The translations under genes were made by a program, and so were the position numbers. From contig CAWDML010000001.1 in NCBI GenBank assembly GCA_963803435.1, forward strand, positions 1,344,001-1,408,000: a DNA stretch of 64,000 nucleotides, written 5' to 3'. The notes beneath the pieces were generated by a model. The model worked only from the letters and a program-made list of their open reading frames with translations, was not told the DNA's origin and did not search any database. Source of the stretch: an uncultured delta proteobacterium (GTDB lineage Bacteria; Myxococcota; Kuafuiibacteriia; Kuafuiibacteriales; Kuafuiibacteriaceae). Positions 61,525-64,000 of the stretch are shown here, in pieces (position 1 is the stretch's first letter; the number at the start of each line of letters is the position of its first letter).

Positions 61525-61989
61525 TCACCCCGAGGGGACTCCGCTGCAGGCCTCGAACGCCGCGGTGCACCCACTGTCGTCGCGGCACTGATCGCACGCC
61601 GCCGAGTTGGTGCCGGCGCACGAGGTGAGACAGTTCTGGATTGCGCACGTGGTCACCTGCACGTAGCACTCCGTGCAATCTGCAGAGAGGCCGACGTCGT
61701 TCATGATGCAGCTGCGCGTGCAGGTCTGCCCGCCGAAGCACCCGCTCGCGCAGGTCTCGATGGCCGCCGAGATGTCGGTGTTCATATGCACAGCCAGGTC
61801 CGCCGGGTTGGTGCAGGCCCCGGACGCCTCGCCGGCGTCGCCGGTGCCGGGATCGCCGGTGTCGGCCACGCCGCTGTCGTCGGCCGTTCCGCTGTCCTCC
61901 GTCCCTGCGTCGACGGCGGGGCCAGCGGGCTCGGCACCGCCGCAACCGGCGACCATGAATGCGATCCATAGGAGGCGTCTGTCCTTCAT
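61525..61989 (-). CDS. Cys-rich lipoprotein (14-Cys domain), paralog 2
   Basis: MKDRRLLWIAFMVAGC; domain very similar to that of 26873-27499, sharing CTECYVQVTTCAIQNCLTSCAG exactly. Confidence 0.88.
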   Translation of the reverse strand: MKDRRLLWIAFMVAGCGGAEPAGPAVDAGTEDSGTADDSGVADTGDPGTGDAGEASGACTNPADLAVHMNTDISAAIETCASGCFGGQTCTRSCIMNDVGLSADCTECYVQVTTCAIQNCLTSCAGTNSAACDQCRDDSGCTAAFEACSGVPSG

Positions 61990-62001
61990 GCCGGGCCCGA
62001 G

Positions 62002-62017
62002 TGCAACGGATGTGCCC
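62002..62017 (-). promoter_or_regulatory. Sigma54 promoter of Cys-rich paralog 2
   Basis: GGGCACATCCGTTGCA, one mismatch from the paralog 1 element. Confidence 0.75.
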
Positions 62018-62242
62018 TCCGCGCGCACGCCCGGGTGCGCCCAGCCCGTGGGCTGTCGATCGCCCACCTGGGCTGGCGCACGATGAAAAAAGGCCGCAGT
62101 CCTGCTGGTTCAATACCTCCTGGGTGCTTCCGCTCCACCACGCACTCCGCCTCGGGCGCCGGCGTAGGATCGACCGCCGGCCGGGCCGGGCCCGCACGGG
62201 AAAGTCGGCGCTCGGCGCGATTCCCACCGATAACCCGTTTCG

Positions 62243-63334
62243 ATGACGGCGCTCGTCTCACGCGCGGTGCACCCGTGTCGGCCGAGGCCTGCGTGCGCCG
62301 AGAGGACGTGCGTCGCAGAGGCTCCGACGTTCGAAGCGGGTCCGCCGGCGTGCGCCAGCCCGACGGCGCACGCGCCTTCCCTCGGCCCGACCACGCTCTG
62401 GGGGCGAGCCGTCTCGTTCGCGCTCACGGTGGGACGCAGCGCCGCGATCGCCCTTCCCTTCCTGCTGGCGGCCCAGCTGGCCGACGGGCACGCGCAGCTC
62501 GGTGGGGCGAGGGCGGAGGTCGCGTCCATCCGGTTCGATCGCGGGGCCGCGGCGCGATACTTCGTCCAGCGATCCGGCGGCGCCATCCGCGAGGTCGCGA
62601 ACCCGTTCCCCGGGAGCACGCTCTTCGAGCCGACGGGCCGGTCGAAGGGCGCCGCCATCCTGCTGCTCCACGGGAGCGAGGGCGGCAGCCAGCCCTACTC
62701 GATGGCGGACGCGGCAGAGCTCGCCGCCCACGGCTATACGGCGCTGGCGTTCTCGTACTTCGACGTCCCGGGGTCGGAGCTCCCGGCCAAGCTCCTCGAG
62801 GTCCCGCTCGAGCGCGCGCAGGCGGCGGCCGACTGGCTCCGCGCCCGCTACGGCAAGGTCGGGCTCAAGGGTGTCTCCCGCGGCGGCGAGCTGGCGCTCG
62901 AGCTCGCGAGCCTCGATCCGGGGATGAAGCGCTTCGCCGCCGTCGTGGGGGAGGTTCCCTCTTCCCAGATCTGGGGCGCCTGGGATCAACGCGCGCAGGC
63001 ACCCATCACCGGCGCGCGCGGCCGGATCCGTCCCGCATGGACGCTGGGAGGACGGCCGATCGACGAGGGCGAGCCGATCGCGCTCGAACGCTACCCGGGC
63101 CCCATCTTTCTGCGCGGCTCCGGTCGTGACGAGGTCTGGCCCTCTCAGGACTTCGTGCGGCAGCTCCAGCGACGCCTGAAGCAAAACGGCAAGAGGGCGG
63201 AGGTCCACATCTTCCCCCGCGAGCATCACGTGCTCAGCGACCGAGGGCAGGCGAGAGCAGACGCGCTGCTGGTGGACTTCTTCGATCGCGCGCTGCGCAT
63301 GCGTGCGGGCGCCGACCCACACCACGCGCTTTGA
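62243..63334 (+). CDS. BAAT/acyl-CoA thioesterase C-terminal-type alpha/beta hydrolase
   Basis: LLHGSEGG, GYTALAFSYF, EVPLE, GVSRGGELAL, DEVWPS, FPREHH. Start uncertain. Confidence 0.85.
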   Translation: MTALVSRAVHPCRPRPACAERTCVAEAPTFEAGPPACASPTAHAPSLGPTTLWGRAVSFALTVGRSAAIALPFLLAAQLADGHAQLGGARAEVASIRFDRGAAARYFVQRSGGAIREVANPFPGSTLFEPTGRSKGAAILLLHGSEGGSQPYSMADAAELAAHGYTALAFSYFDVPGSELPAKLLEVPLERAQAAADWLRARYGKVGLKGVSRGGELALELASLDPGMKRFAAVVGEVPSSQIWGAWDQRAQAPITGARGRIRPAWTLGGRPIDEGEPIALERYPGPIFLRGSGRDEVWPSQDFVRQLQRRLKQNGKRAEVHIFPREHHVLSDRGQARADALLVDFFDRALRMRAGADPHHAL

Positions 63335-63398
63335 CGCGCGCCCGTCAGCCCAGCCGACGCATGCCTTGGAGCGAGACGCCTTCCCGACCCACTTCCAC

Positions 63399-63415
63399 TT
63401 GGCACTCGCATTGCT
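63399..63415 (+). promoter_or_regulatory. Consensus sigma54 promoter
   Basis: TTGGCACTCGCATTGCT = TGGCAC-N5-TTGCT. Confidence 0.8.
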
Positions 63416-63427
63416 CATGGCATCCGC

Positions 63428-64000
63428 GTGGTCCACGGCGTCCTGAATCCCGAAGAAATGGAGGCGATCCGGAAGAAGCTGGCGCCTCAGGGCCTGGCTC
63501 CCCTCTCGGAGCCGCAGCCCGAGCCCACGCCGATCCCGCTGATCGCCGACGATCACGCCGGGTCGCGCGCCAAGCCCGAGGCGCTCCGCATCCTCAACGG
63601 GTGGCTGCCGCACATGCTGAAGCTGGTGCGACGCGCGATCACCGTGCCGCTGCAGGTCGGAGTTGCAGACGCGAGCATCGTCGAAGGCGCGGCGCTCCGG
63701 GAGGAGCTCGAGGGCACCTGGATGCGGTTCGCGCGGGGTCCCAAGCGGGACGCGCTGGTGCTGTCCTTCGGCGGCCCGATCGTCGAGCACGTGGCGGCCC
63801 GCCTGCTGGGGAGCCGCAACGAAGAGGCGAGGCCGGAGGAAGGTCCGCGCCGCCGCAGCACCTCGAACATCGGCCGCAAGCTGTTCTCCCGTGTCGGTGA
63901 TCTGGCGCTCTCGTCGCTCACCATCCACTGGCAGGACCAGCTCGGCATCGGCCTGATCCCGGTGACCGTCGACGGCGACATCACCGACCTCAAGCGCTCG
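63428..64000 (+). CDS. fliM: Probable flagellar motor switch protein FliM, truncated by the window edge
   Basis: Manual translation MVHGVLNPEEMEAIRKKL resembles the FliM N-terminal LSQxEIDAL motif; later VEHVAARLLG and STSNIGRKL; open to the edge; sigma54 promoter; not in the ORF track. Confidence 0.55.
   Translation, partial: MVHGVLNPEEMEAIRKKLAPQGLAPLSEPQPEPTPIPLIADDHAGSRAKPEALRILNGWLPHMLKLVRRAITVPLQVGVADASIVEGAALREELEGTWMRFARGPKRDALVLSFGGPIVEHVAARLLGSRNEEARPEEGPRRRSTSNIGRKLFSRVGDLALSSLTIHWQDQLGIGLIPVTVDGDITDLKRS

Noticed and set aside
26873-61989. Paralogs as attL/attR of a flagellar genomic island
   Set aside because: No integrase or tRNA, the copies are diverged, and the fliM-like gene lies outside the bracket
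62035-62081. Imperfect GC-rich hairpin as a terminator or c-di-GMP riboswitch
   Set aside because: Lies between divergent genes, is not followed by a U-tract on either strand, and shows no recognisable aptamer motifs; at most an activator-binding site

Overview
GC-rich bacterial DNA with a Myxococcota-like gene repertoire: FHA-sigma54 activator, Hanks Ser/Thr kinase, a TIGR02996-type protein, many DAG/DSG-linker and Cys-rich lipoproteins, and an ECF/FecR module. The taxonomy is inferred from gene content only. At least 8 genes carry apparent single-base frameshifts, most likely long-read assembly indels. Layout: 1-20 kb housekeeping and envelope genes. 19.8-28 kb an exported dikinase-like lipoprotein divergent from an FHA-EBP/kinase/TPR/Kelch operon. 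28-40 kb a minus-strand operon: Hsp70(NBD-only), fliL, HDOD, HDOD/PilZ, REC/GGDEF/EAL, two His kinases, REC/HDOD, REC/HD-like. 40-50 kb a sigma54 activator followed by flgBC-fliEFGHIJK-flgDE. 50-63 kb an accessory mosaic: thrombospondin C-terminal domain protein, gene remnants, DoxX-AhpC fusion, Rieske + dihaem cytochrome, ECF/FecR. A probable fliM, absent from the ORF track, runs off the right edge. Best candidates for new biology: (1) the Hsp70-FliL-HDOD signalling operon facing the flagellar operon; (2) an exported glucan-water-dikinase-like lipoprotein; (3) six sigma54 -24/-12 elements placed so that transcripts would be nearly leaderless, linking flagellar genes and twin 14-Cys lipoproteins; (4) a promoter motif shared by the ECF sigma gene and a Rieske/dihaem cytochrome lipoprotein pair. 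No rRNA, tRNA, CRISPR array or transposase was seen.
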